A DNA stretch of 30,046 nt from Eledone cirrhosa (taxonomy: Eukaryota), in contig CAXHJY010000597.1 of the NCBI GenBank assembly GCA_964016885.1, positions 1 to 30,046 of the forward strand, read 5' to 3'. Below are positions 13,794 through 29,938 of this stretch, piece by piece. Below the pieces are notes generated by a model. The model was not told the DNA's origin, did not search any database, and saw nothing but the letters and a program-made list of their open reading frames with translations. Every line of letters begins with the position of its first letter. Position 1 is the stretch's first letter. The position numbers were made by a program, and so were the translations under genes.

Positions 13794-14044
13794 TTTGGAA
13801 ATTTCAAAAATCTACATTTTTTTTTTTTATAGAAGACTTTAAATGTTTACAGTCGAAACAAACCAGCAGGAGATTCAGTGATGGACCCCGAGCAAGAGGG
13901 TCTCGCTTGGGGATCTAGCCGGATCATCTGTAGGCAGTTGTTTCTGACAGGACCCGGGGCGGGGGGTGGGGGGTGTAATGTTTGAGGACATTGCCTTCAC
14001 AACCCTCTCAAGAATATGTGGGTGAAGAGGAAGATGGTGAAAAT

Positions 14045-14236
14045 GTATACATATATATATATATATGTGTATATGTGTGCTGTATGTACATTCATATATA
14101 TATATGTGTATATGTGTGCTGTATGTGCATTCATATATATGTGTATGCTGTATGTTTGTCTATATGTATATACGTCGAAATGCAAGCTTGTATTTGTCTC
14201 TGTGTATACATGTGTAGGTGTATTCTGCATGTGAGT

Positions 14237-14274
<38 letters not shown>

Positions 14275-14311
14275 CATACGCATGCCTTAGTGTCTCTATG
14301 TCCGCCGATGT

Positions 14312-14364
<53 letters not shown>

Positions 14365-14461
14365 CTTGCTTCATATATGTATATATGTATAGTTATACAA
14401 CATGTAAGAATATGTGCTTGTATATGTTTATATCCGCCAGTGTGTACCTACACATCCACAC

Positions 14462-14492
<31 letters not shown>

Positions 14493-14623
14493 TATATATA
14501 TACATATATATACATATATATATATATATATACATATTTATACATATATATATATAATTATATATACATATATATACACATATATATATACATATATATA
14601 CACATATATATAAACACACACAT

Positions 14624-14663
<40 letters not shown>

Positions 14664-14720
14664 GCACACACATACATGGGGTACATATATGTGTGTAATG
14701 TATGTGTATATGTATATATA
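14045..14720. repeat. (TA)n/(TG)n/(CA)n microsatellite mosaic
   Basis: Direct reading. Confidence 0.9.
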
Positions 14721-14964
14721 TTTATAGTTATACTACATGTGAGTGTATATGGCCGTGTGTGAGTCACATGAGCAGCTACATTAAATCAACTCTCCCCCAC
14801 CCGGACCCCACCCTATTTTCAAAACAAACAAACACACCCAAACAAATCAAGCAAGATGTAAACACAATTAGAATATTTAGCGGGATTGCACACTTTCTAT
14901 GACGTCGCCATTTTTATTGAAGCGTATCCCGGCATTCCACTCTATTGTAATCTGTTCGTTAATA

Positions 14965-17246
14965 TTACCATCACCACCATCACTACCACCACCATGACAA
15001 CCACAGCCATCATCATCGCCGTCATCGTTATTCAATACAACCACCAACATCGCCATTATCATCATCATTGTCATCATCTCAACGCCGTCACCACCATCGC
15101 CATCATTATCACCGTCATCACCACCATTCAACACCACCACCACCACCACCACCACCACCACCACCACCATTTCCAACACCATTTCCAACACCATAACCAC
15201 CGCCGTCATCATAACCCCCACCACGATCATCATCATCGCAATTCAACACCAACAACCACACCATAACCATCACGACAACCCACACCACACCACCCCACCC
15301 AACCACTGTTTAAAAACACCTTCATTATCATTACCACCACCACCACCACCACCACCACCACCTATTACAACCAACACCAACATAACCTTTATTTTCATTA
15401 TCACCACCACCACCACCACCACCACCCCCACCGCCAGCACCACCACCACCACCACCTCCACCACCACCACCACCACCACCACCACCACCACCACCACCTA
15501 TTACAACCAACACCAACACCAACATAACCTTCATTTTCATCATCACCATTCAACGCACTGCCACCATCACAGTCACCATCATCATCACGAACATCATTAT
15601 TGCCATTCAACAGCACTGTCACCACCATCATCCCCATCATCATCTTGGTTTTTATAATAATAATAATAATAATAATAATAATGGTGATAATATAAATATT
15701 AATAATGATTATTATTTTTTCCCCCATTTCTTCAATATTTACTTCTTCTTCGACAATATTTGCCAACCAACCATAAAAAGTTACATAATAAATCCGATTG
15801 ACTTGTATTAACAACAACAACAACAATAACTAGTATAAAACAAACAACAAAAACAAAAACAAAAACAGCTGCAATATCAACAACAATAATATCGGCAACA
15901 ACAGCAATAACATCAACTAGTATAAAATTAACAAAAACAAAAACAAAACAGCTGTAATAAGAACAACAATAGCAACAATAACAACAATAACAAACAACAA
16001 CAAAAAACAAACAGCTGTAACAAGGACAATATCATCAGAACCACCAGCAACAACAGCAACAATACATTCAACTAGTGTAAAATAAATAACAGCAACAAAC
16101 ATATAGCTGCAATAAGAACTACAATATCAACACCACCACAACTATCAATAACAATAAAAAAACATCAGCTTCCCCAGCATTCCCAGCATTAACAGCAGCA
16201 AGTACTACAACAAAGATGGTAACAACGATAAAATTAACTAGAGCCCAAAAAATAAAACAAAGAAAAAACAGCAACAGCAATGACAACAACTACAATAATA
16301 ATAATAGTAGCTACAACAACAATAATAATAGTAGCTACAACAACAATAATAATAGTAACAAATACAACAAAAACAATGACTACAACTCGAATAAAGGACA
16401 TCAACAACTTCTTTCATCACGCACGACATAAACAACTTATTTATTACTGAATATTAAGGAGAGCAGCAACAACAACAACAACAATAGGAATGACAACCGC
16501 CTCATCAGCAACAACAATTACAATAGCAACAACATCAGCATCAACAACAACAATGACAACAGCAACATCAGCAATAACAGCAACATCGACAACAACGACA
16601 ACAGCAACATCAGCAATAACATCAACAGCAACAATGACAACAGCAACCTCAGCAATAACAGCAACATCAACAACAACAATGACAACAGCAACCTCAGCAA
16701 TAACATCAACAACAACAATGACAACAGCAACCTCAGCAATAACAGCAACATCAACAACAACAATAACAACAGCAACCTCAGCAATAACAGCGACAACAGC
16801 AACAACAATGACAGTATAACTTTATATTAATGACAGCAACAACTACATCCACACCAAATACAACAACAGCAATAATAATAGCAAGAACTACGTCAGCACC
16901 AACATCAACAACAACCACAGAAACCTATATTAACGACAGCATCAACACTAACAACAATAAAAATAACGTCAATGTGTATTAACAGCAACAAAAACAACTA
17001 CGGTTTCATCAAATACAACAACAAGTCTACAAAAATGTGTATTATGGACAACAACAATAAGGATGACACATTTATATTAAGGACAGCAACAAAAACATCA
17101 TCAAATACAACAACAATAGCAACAACAACAATAGCAACAACAACAATAGCAACAAAAACAGCAGCACCACCATAAGCGACAACAACAACAACAACAACAA
17201 CAACACCACTACCTACAACAGCACCACCACCACTACCTACAACAGC
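14965..17246. repeat. Mosaic of (CAC)n, (CAT)n, (TAA)n and (CAA/CAG)n trinucleotide tracts
   Basis: Direct reading. Confidence 0.9.
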
Positions 17247-17311
17247 CCTCTAATGTAATAAATATTCAAACCATTTTTAGTTTTTCAATGTTTATTATCC
17301 CTTGCCAATTA

Positions 17312-17645
17312 TTCCTTCTTTCTTTCGTTCGTTCGTTCATTCGTTCTTTCTTTCGTTGTTTCTTTTGTTCTTTCTTTTGTTCTTTCTTTCTTTCGTTCTT
17401 CCTTTCTTTCTTTCTTTCGTTCTTTCTTTCTTTCGTTTTTCTTTCTTTCTTTCTTTTCTTTCTTTCTTTTCTTTCTTTCTTTTCGTTCTTTCTTTTCGTT
17501 CTTTTTCTTTTCGTTCGTTCGTTCTTTTCTTTCTTTCTTTTTCGTCCGTTAATTCTCCATTCATTCTTGCATTGATTCTCTCATTCAATCAGTTTCATTT
17601 ATATTACATCGTCTCCATTCTTCACAACCCCTCGCGCACACGCAT

Positions 17646-17695
<50 letters not shown>

Positions 17696-18040
17696 ACACA
17701 CACACACACACACACAGACACACACACACACACACATCTTTATAAATCTTTATATTAACAATAATGATTATAACAATGATGATGACGATGACAACGAAGG
17801 GGGTGATGGTGATGATCGTGCTGAAAAAGGTGTTGGTCTTGGTGATGATGATGATGACGACGAAGGGTGGGGATGATGATGGTGGTGGTGGTGATGATGA
17901 CAACGAAGGGGATGGTGATATGGCGATGATGATGGTGACGATAGTCAAGATGACAATGATGGTGATGGTCGTGATGATGATGGTGATGACGGTAATAGTG
18001 ATGATGATGATCATGATAATGCTGGTGATGGTGATTGTGA
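17312..18040. repeat. (TTTC/TTCG)n, (CA)n and (GAT/GGT)n tracts in succession
   Basis: Direct reading. Confidence 0.9.
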
Positions 18041-18044
18041 CGGT

Positions 18045-18165
18045 TAATTGTAAAATGGCTGAAATGCATGGCTGCAGCCATTGTTACTGACGTCATTAAG
18101 CGAGACGGTAAAATGTCCAAGATGGCGGCCAGACGTCGTTGACGTAAGAAGACAGCTGATGACAC
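18045..18165. promoter_or_regulatory. Candidate cis-regulatory island: YY1 and CRE/ATF motifs
   Basis: aaaatggct 18052-60; palindromic TGACGTCA 18088-95; CAAGATGGCGGCC 18118-30 (YY1 consensus); ttgacgtaa 18139-47; CpG-rich relative to the flanks. Motif matches only. Confidence 0.4.
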
Positions 18166-18256
18166 TTACACAATAGGCATTGTCTGTAATTAAATGTGAT
18201 GACAATGACGAGAGAGATTGAGAGTGATGACGACAATGACGACAATGAAAGCAATC

Positions 18257-18625
18257 TTCTCTCTCTCTCTCTCACTCACTCTCTCTCTCACTCACTCACT
18301 CTCTCTCTCACTCTCTCTCACCCTCTCTCTCACTCTCTCTCTCTCACTCTCTCTCTCACTCTCTCTCTCTCTCTCACTCTCTCTCTATACTCTCTCTATC
18401 CTCTCTCGATCCTCTCTCTCTCTCAATCCTCTCTCTCTCGCTCAATTCACTCTCTCTCGCTCAATTCACTCTCTCTCTCTCGCTCAATTCTCTCTCTCTC
18501 TCCTCTCTGTTTCCTCTCTCTCTCCTTTCTGTTTCCTCTCTCTCTCCTCGCTGTTTCCTCTCTCTCTCCTCTGTTTCCTCTCTCTCTCTCCTCTCTCCTC
18601 TCACTCTCTCTCCTCTCTATCTCTC

Positions 18626-18661
<36 letters not shown>

Positions 18662-20750
18662 ACTCTCTCACTCACTCTCTCTCTCCTCTCTCTCTCTCAC
18701 TCACTCTCTCTCTCACTCTCTCTCTCTCACTCTCTCTCTCTCACTCTCTCTCTCACTCTCTCTCTCTCCTCTATCTCTCTCATCTCTCTCATCTCTCTCA
18801 TCTCTCTCTCTCTCTCTCTCTGTCTCTCTCGCTCTCCTTTCTCGCTCTCCTCTCTCCTCTCTCCTCTCTCTCCTCTCCCTCTCTCTCCTCTCTCTCTCCT
18901 ATATTCTCTCTCTCTCCTCTCTCTCTCCACCTCTCCTCTCTCTCTCTCTCCACCTCTCCTATCTCTCTCTCTCCTCTCACTCCTCTCTCCTCTCTCTCCT
19001 CTAACTCCTCACTCCTCTCTCTCCTCTCTCCTCTCTCTCCTCTCCCTTCTCTCCTCTCCCTTCTCTCTCCTCTCTCGCTCACCTCTCTCCTCTCTCGCTC
19101 ACCTCTCTCTCCTCTCCTCTCTCCCTTCTCTCTCCTCTCCCTTCTCTCTCCCCTCCCTTCTCTCTCCCCTCCCTTCTCTCCTCTCTCCTCTCTCCTCTCC
19201 CCTCCCTTCTTTCCTCTCTCCCCTCCCTTCTCTCCTCTCTCTTCTCCCTTCTCTCCTCTCTCCTCTCTCTTCTCTCTCCTCTCCCTCCTCTCTCCTCTCC
19301 CTTCTCTCTCATCTCCCTTCTCCCTTCTCTCACCTCTCCCTTCTCTCACCTCTCCCTTCTCCCTTCTCTCTCCTCTCCCTTCTCTCACCTCTCCCTTCTC
19401 TCCTCTCTCCCTTCTCTCTCCTCTCTCCCTTCTCTCTCCTCTCGCCCCTCCTCTCTCTCTCTCAAATATTTCTCTCAATCCCTTCTCCCTTCTCCCTTCT
19501 CTCTTCTCTCCCTCTCTCTCCACCTCTCTTTCTTCCCCCCCCCCCTCTCTTCCCCCTCTCTCTTCCCTTCTCTCTTCCGCCCTCTCTCTTCCCTTCTCTC
19601 TCCCTCTTCCCTTCTATCTCCCCCTCTCTCCCCCTCCCCCCTCTCTTTCCCTATATCTTTGCCTCTCCCCCTCTGTCCCCCCTCTCTCTCACCTCTCTCT
19701 CCTCTCCTCTCTCTCTCACCTCTCTCTCCTCTCCTGTCCTTTCTCTCCTCTCCTCTCTCTCCTCTCTCTTCTCTCCTCGCTCTCTTCTCTCCTCTCTCCC
19801 CATCTCTCTCTGACCTCTCTCGCTCACCTCTCTCCTCTCCTCTCTTTCTTCTCCTTTCTCCTCTCCTCTCTCTTCTCTCCTCGCTCTCTTCTCTCCTCTC
19901 TCTCCTCTCTCTTATCTCCTCTCTCTCCTCTCTCCTCTCTCTCCTCTCCCCTCTCTCTCCTCTGCCTTCTCTCTCCTCTCTCCTCTCCCCTCCCCCCCTC
20001 CCTTCTCCCCCTTCTCTCCTCTCTCCTCTTCCTTCTCTCCTCTCTTCTCCCTTCTCTCTTCTCTCCTCTCTCTTCTCTCTCCTCGCCTTTCTCTCTCATC
20101 TCCCTTCTCCCTTCTCTCTCCTCTCCCTTCTCTCACCTCTCCCTTCTCTCCTCTCTCCCTTCTCACCTCTGCCTTCTCTCTCCTCTCTCCCTTCCCTCTC
20201 CTCTCCCTTCTCTCTCCTCTCTCCCTTCTCTCTCCTCTCTCCCTTCTCTCCTCTCTCCCTTCTCTCTCCTCTCTCCCTTCTCTCTCCTCTCCCTTCTCTC
20301 TCCTCTCTCCCCCTCCTCTCTCTCTCTCTCAAATATGTCTCTCAATCCCTTCTCCCTTCTCCCTTCTCTCTTCTCTCCCTCTCTCTCACCCCCTCTCTCT
20401 CCCCATCTCTCTCACCCTCTCTCTTTCCCTATCTCTTTCCCTATCTCTCCCCCTCTCTCCCCACCTCTCTTACCCCTCTCTTTCCTCTCTTTCCTCTCTA
20501 TTTCCTCTCTCCTCCCTCTTTCCTCCCCCTCCTCCCCCTCTCATCCCTCTCTCCCCTCTCTCCTCTCCCTCTCTCTCTCCTCCCCATCTCCCCCTCTTCC
20601 CCTCTCTACCCCTCTCCTCTCCCTCTCCTCTCCCTCTCCTCTCCCTCTCCTCTCCCTCTCCTCTCCTCCGCCTCTCCTCTCCCTCTCCTCTCCATATTCT
20701 CTCTCTCTTCCTCTCTCTCTTCCTCTCTCACTCACTCCTTCCTCTCTCTA
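18257..20750. repeat. ~2.5-kb (CT)n-derived polypyrimidine/polypurine tract
   Basis: Direct reading; source of the 851-aa S/L/P ORF. Confidence 0.96.
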
Positions 20751-21556
20751 GATTTATGTATATACCCACCCACTAACTTATCAACACAACAACAGCAGCC
20801 ATCCTGTACATCCGTCATTAGAAATATGAACACCAGTATATTACAATGGTATATGACACAACAGTCAGACATATTACATGGTGACAGACACAAAAGCTTG
20901 TAATATATCACCATTTAAACAATACCCCATTATGCTTACCGCAAACGTTGATTCTTGTCGACGCCATCTTGGTTATTCATAATCTTATGCTTATTGCTTC
21001 TATTGCCATTTTGATTTATTTTCGCCATATATATATTTTTACATATATTATTATTATCATTATTATCATTATTATTTGTTTTTCCTGATAATGTTGTCTT
21101 TGTGTTGGTTTCTTTTTCTCAGTCTCACTTCCTTCCTATCTTTCATATTTTTGTCTCTTTCCTCTTGTTTTCTTTTCTTCTCTCCCCCGATTCTTTGTTT
21201 TGTTCTTACATTCTTTCTTTGCGTTCTCTCTTTCGTTTTATTTTTTTTTATTATATATATATATATTTTTTTTATTATTTTTTATTTTCTTATTTTTTAT
21301 TTTTTTTTTTATTTTTCCTTCTTCTTTATTTTTTCTCCTTTTTTTCATTTCTCCTTATCTTTCCTCCAAAATGGTGAATGTTTGCTTCCTCATTCCTCTA
21401 GCATTCGGAATTTTGAATATAAATTTATCGTTTTCGCCTCAAATATTATGGAATCTTCTCTACCCTTTCACTTCTTTCAATTTCTTCTTCTTTGCCTTCC
21501 CATTCTAAATTATTATTGCTACTATCATCATCATTATTGTTAAATGAGAAAAAAAA

Positions 21557-21588
<32 letters not shown>

Positions 21589-21959
21589 TCTGTTGTGATA
21601 ATTACATTGTGTGCATTCAGTGCACACCAGCGTGCAGCTCTGTGTGAGAGGAAAATGTGCAGTATTTTATTTATTTATTCTTAATTTGTGTTATTTTATG
21701 GTATTGAAAGTGCTCTACGGCTTACAATATAGTTCCCAGCAATGCTGTAATGCTATCTCCTTTAGGCTGTGTATGCATGTAAGACGTTTTATTTACTATT
21801 GTTGTTGTTAAAGTTATGTATCTGTCTATTTCTCCTGTTATGATTCCCAGGGCATCCATTACTATGAAAACCATTTCTGCTTCTTCCATCTCCCTATTTT
21901 TTTGGTATCTCTGTTTCCACTTCTTTATAGCAAGATAATTCCTCTATTTCTCCCTCTAA

Positions 21960-23100
<1,141 letters not shown>

Positions 23101-25901
23101 CATAACTTTGAATAACTTTGAAATGTTTTGGCCAGTATTGGCCCAGGCCATGTCTAACTTAATAGCACCACCTGGCGAAGTCTTTCAATTCAGGATTTGG
23201 GCACCATGGCCCATTCGAGAAGAGAATTACTGTTTGCGGAGACATATCCGGGTGTGGGTGGTTTGTCCGGGATTACTTGGAGGAATTTGTCCAAAGACTT
23301 CTTGAATTTTGTGTGGTCAGTTTCTGTTTTGACGTGTCCTGGTGTGATGTTGAAGAGAGCAGGGCCGATTGAGGTGAAATAATTGTGCCGTATTGTTGTT
23401 ATGAGTTGCGATTTAGATTTTTGAATGGGACGGATAGCACGGGGCCCAAGCCTTGGGTGTATCTTGAAGGCGATGCCAACATCATTTGGGCAGTGATGAT
23501 GGAACATTTTCCACATCATGCAGATAATATAACGCTCACGGCGACGTTGGAGTGAGTAAAGTTTCAGGTTTTCCAATCGACCCCAGTAGTCAAGGTCTGA
23601 CATGCCATCTATCTTTTTCGTGATTGCCCTTTGAGGAGCTTCAAGTTTCATGATACTTTGTTTCGTGTGGGGAGACCACAGTGGACAACAGTATTCAAGG
23701 TCTGGTCGGGCGAAAGTAGAGAAGAAAAAGGATAATGGTGCGGGAATCTCTCGACTGGAAGGTTCTGAGGATCCAGGAACACATTCTGCGGGCCATGTCA
23801 ACTTTGCTGCTTATATGCGTGGTCCAGCTTATGTGCTGTCCACGGTTACTCCCAAGTCTCTGATGTTGTTAGATGCCACGAGAGTTTCCCAGGAGGGAAG
23901 GGAGTACGGGTGTTTCAGAGCATCCTCTTTTCCAAAGTGGATCAGTTCGAATTTGTCTTCGTTCAGTAACATGTTGTTCTTTTCTGCCCATTGGGTAACA
24001 GCCAGTAGGTCTGACTGAAGGCTTATCCGGTCATCCACGCCATTGATGACCTTTTGGAGCTTGGAATCATCAGCGAAAATTTTAATGTTGCTGTGTTTGA
24101 TGATGTCAGTGATGTCATTAATATAGATGATGAAGAGAAGTGGGCCCAACACAGTGCCTTGTGGGACTCCACTACTGACTTTGGCTGGGCTTGATTTGAC
24201 TCCCTCAACTACAACATGTTGGGTTCTGTTTGACAGGAAGCTCTTGATCCACTGCAGCAGCTTTCCAGTGACACCAATATTGGACAGCTTTCTCAGTAGA
24301 ATGTTATGATCAACCCTGTCAAAGGCCTTGCTGAAATCAAGGTAGATAACATCAGTGTTGGAACCCTCTCCCAAGGCTCTCAAAATGTCATCAAAGTGAT
24401 GCAGTAGTTGCGTCAGGCAATCCCTTCCATTACGGAATCCATGCTGGTTGGAGTTCAGCATATTGTTACTCTCAAGGAAGTGGGTCATTCGCGATCTCAC
24501 CACTCGCTCAAATACCTTAATGATATGAGAGGTGAGTGAGATTGGACGGTAATTCACGGCAAGGGATTTGTTTCCCTTTTTGAAAACTGGGACAACAGAC
24601 TGGGATAGAAGGTTTTCTGGCACATATCCAGCATCCAGTGAGTTCCGCCACAGATTGGCAAGAGGAGAAGCAAGTTGGTGTTGACACGCCTTCAAGACAC
24701 AAGCAGGGAACCTATCGGGACCTACTGCTGAATTATGCTTGATTTCCTTTATTGCCGCCAAGACATCAGGGGCGCCAAACGTTATGTCCGATAAGGTGTA
24801 ATGGGGAGTAACATCGCCGATACAGCCCAGATCGGCCATATCAGGATTGCTGAAAACAGAGCAGTATTGTTTCTGCAGTATCTCACCCATGGTTTTAGCA
24901 TTGTCTTGAAGAGTGCCATTTTCATCAATTAGAGGGCCAACAGTAGAGCCAGTGATTTTGTGTTTTTTTGCAAATGAAAAGAACACTTTGGGATTGAGTT
25001 TGATCTTCTCAATGGCCCAGGCCTCTTCAGCTCTTCTCTGATTGTTGATGAGGGACATTATGTTGTTTTGGAGGTTATGTTTTTTAATCTCTAGTGATGA
25101 AATGGCAGTCAAGTTGATGTGTTGCTGCTGACAGTATTTCAGCTTGTTGATTTTTTTGTTCGTTCTCTTAATTTTTCTGATGAGCGTTTTTCTATTTCTA
25201 GGGATTCTGCTCTTAGATTTGTTTATAGTTCTTAATGGGGTGTGTTTAGCACATATGTTTGTAACAGTGTCCACAAATGTCTGCCAGGACTTTTTGATGT
25301 TAGTGGGTGTATGAGTGTGCGTGAAGGACCAGTCGACATGTGCAAGATCATGACTGATCGCTTCCCAGTTTGCATTGTGGAAATCCATAGCGTCAAACGG
25401 ATGGACAGGAGAGATGACATTGGGTTTGTATATTGGACGGTGGAATCTCAGATCACAGAGAACCATGTCATGATCAGAGAGTAGAGTTTTCTCCACTGCA
25501 ATATTGTGGATATTGTCAGTGTGATTGCTGAAAATTAAGTCTAGGACGTTTTTGTGGCACCTCGTTGGTTCGAGCACTAGTTGGGATAGGAAGAAATCAT
25601 CCATGAAGTCAAGAAGCGATTCCACAGCTTCCCTGTCAGAGGTTGAGGCAGAAGAACCTGGTGGCAGGGTGTTTGTGGACCAGTCAACTCCGGGGAGGTT
25701 GAAGTCCCCCATCATTAAGATGTTGTCAGGGTGACGCTCTTGGATGAAACACTTTATGCTGTTGAGGCATTCCTTGAAGCATGGTACAGGCGTTTGGGGT
25801 GGCCTATAGAGCCCAACTACTAATAGGTTGTTGGTTTGACTGAATACAGTGACTGCTTCACAGTATCCATTAGTGAATATGTTCATAGCCTCTGTTGAGA
25901 A
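23101..25901 (-). mobile_element. 5'-truncated CR1-group LINE retrotransposon inserted in (TA)n
   Basis: EN-RT ORF; short 3' UTR with a ggccaatactggcc hairpin and terminal repeat (ttcaaagtta)x2; TA tracts abut both ends. Confidence 0.92.
23190..25900 (-). pseudogene. LINE ORF2: C-terminal part of the APE endonuclease, reverse transcriptase and C-terminal domain; two compensating frameshifts near 23834 and 23725
   Basis: Motifs [29 protein letters not shown] (APE); [57 protein letters not shown] (RT); RPDLEYCCPLWSP, LYSLQRRRER (CR1-type C-terminus). The ORF-track extension to 26378 is only TA repeat. Confidence 0.92.
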
Positions 25902-28092
<2,191 letters not shown>

Positions 28093-28094
<2 letters not shown>

Positions 28095-28765
28095 AACAAT
28101 TAAGTTAAAAGTGTACATCCACATATGTATACTGAAATACTAGTATGCATATAAATACACACACGTATACATATGTACATGTACCGAGTTTTTCACCGGA
28201 CACTTTACTGTGAGTGTCCACCTAGTCTGTATGTAACCAAACAGACAAACCGGGTTTTAGAGTCATACGGGTTTTCAAGGAAACACCTTTCCTCTATTCA
28301 CCAGAGAGCCAGACAGGAATATTGGACTAGTTTCGATGTTATTACATCTCATCAGCAATATATACCCATCTTCCGGCTTCTCTAGAGAATCGTAAAAGCA
28401 CATATCATTATATGCTTTTTCTATGAAAATTAGTAGTGGGCAGACTAATTTGCATAGAACGTGAGTTGTACGCACCGGTTCAGCGGAAACGATAAAAACA
28501 AATAACGAAACGAAATCAAATTTCGTTTCGTTTGTAACTCACTTTTGTATGACTGACGCTTAAACAATTAAGTTAAAAGTGTACATCCACATATGTATAC
28601 TGAAATACTAGTATGCATATAAATACACACACGTATACATATGTACATGTACCGAGTTTTTCACTGGACACTTTACTGTGAGTGTCCAGCTAGTCTGTAT
28701 GTAACCAAACAGACAAACCGGGTTTTAGAGTCATACGGGTTTTCAAGGAAACACCTTTCCTCTAT
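28093..28765 (-). mobile_element. Family D: 468-bp unit in partial tandem (205-bp direct repeats 28093-28297 / 28561-28765) carrying a minimal hammerhead
   Basis: The direct repeats differ at 2 positions; hammerhead at 28319-28361; internal hairpins; TA-rich flanks. Confidence 0.8.
28319..28361 (-). ncRNA. Minimal type I hammerhead ribozyme, fully canonical
   Basis: Minus strand: atattg CUGAUGA gatgt aata acatc GAAA ctag UC caatat; 6-bp stem I, 5-bp stem II, palindromic CUAG in place of stem III; predicted cleavage between 28325 and 28324. Confidence 0.92.
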
Positions 28766-29625
28766 ACATACATACATATATATTAATAAAATAATGAATA
28801 AACAAAGAACCAGTTCCTTATATTAAAAAAATTCATCATTTTACGATCGTTTCTAGGATATATATGTGTTAGAGTTGATATGCATATTCTATAGATCTAT
28901 GTACAATATTTATACAAACTATCAGAGGGAATATACAACCTACACATATATATGCTGTCTTCAGAAATAATGATATTTGTTTATTGAAAAAAACCAAAGA
29001 TTCAATACAATAGGTCTGTTTGGGAACAGGTTTTGAATTGACCAATAGTGAGATAGTGAGGGTCAGGATAGTAATATAGTAGTAGAAGAACCTTAAATTA
29101 TAGGTAGAGGAAGGTAGAGTGCAGTTTTGGATGGAAAACAATATTATGAATGAAGGATTATATTAGGGAAGAAATAGGTCTTATGCTGACCTCAGAAATA
29201 ATTTTATTTTTTTCATTGAATAAAACCAACAAAGATCTAATATATTCTGTCTGTTTGGTAAGAGGTTTAGAATTAACCAATAGAAAGTTAATAATTGGCC
29301 AAATGGTAAAATAGGTCAGGTGGTCAGTAAAAGGTATACAAGCAGTTGCTGTTATAAAATAGTAATGCCAATACAAATATCTAAGGTGACTAAAGTTTTA
29401 AGATAAGAATTTTAGTAAAAAAATACATCTATGAAAAGAATATAAATTAATTTAATAGATGGGTATATTTATATTGATAAAATTATACTAATACATATAG
29501 ATATGATAAATAAGAGTTAGATGCAGTTGAAAAGTGGTGTTAAAGATGAGGGGAAATTAAAAGAATATAAAAAAAATATGTATATATATACTTATACATA
29601 TATATACATACATATATGTACACAT

Positions 29626-29693
<68 letters not shown>

Positions 29694-29709
29694 TAAAATA
29701 ACAGATTAA

Positions 29710-29760
29710 AGTTTAAGCAAAGAATCGCTGCTTTCACCCTTAACGGGATCTTCTGAAACT
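29710..29760 (-). ncRNA. Type I hammerhead-like fold with U4A core change (family F, within the TA-flanked island 29690-29940)
   Basis: Minus strand: agttt CAGAAGA t ccc gttaa ggg t GAAA gca gcgattctt tgc UU aaact, then AATAAA and a TA tail. Confidence 0.6.
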
Positions 29761-29938
29761 AACAAAGTCAATCTGTAAACGCAGAACTGGATATTTCAAA
29801 AAACGTTGCAGCCGGAGGAAGACAGGAAGACGATACTTTGGTTCGTGGTAACGTTCGCTGGCAAAGAACGGGAAAAAACGAATAGTACGTCATTAATAGG
29901 AGCGGTGAAAAACAATTACGCGCAAAGACAAAACCACT

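Noticed and set aside
18196-20903. 851-aa, 531-aa and 414-aa S/L/P ORFs, and a possible exon after ctctag at 20751
   Set aside because: (CT)n artefacts; the short unique C-terminal peptide resembles nothing I recognise.
21609-21627. gtgtgca-ttcag-tgcacac hairpin
   Set aside because: A 7-bp stem is expected by chance in 30 kb; no supporting context.
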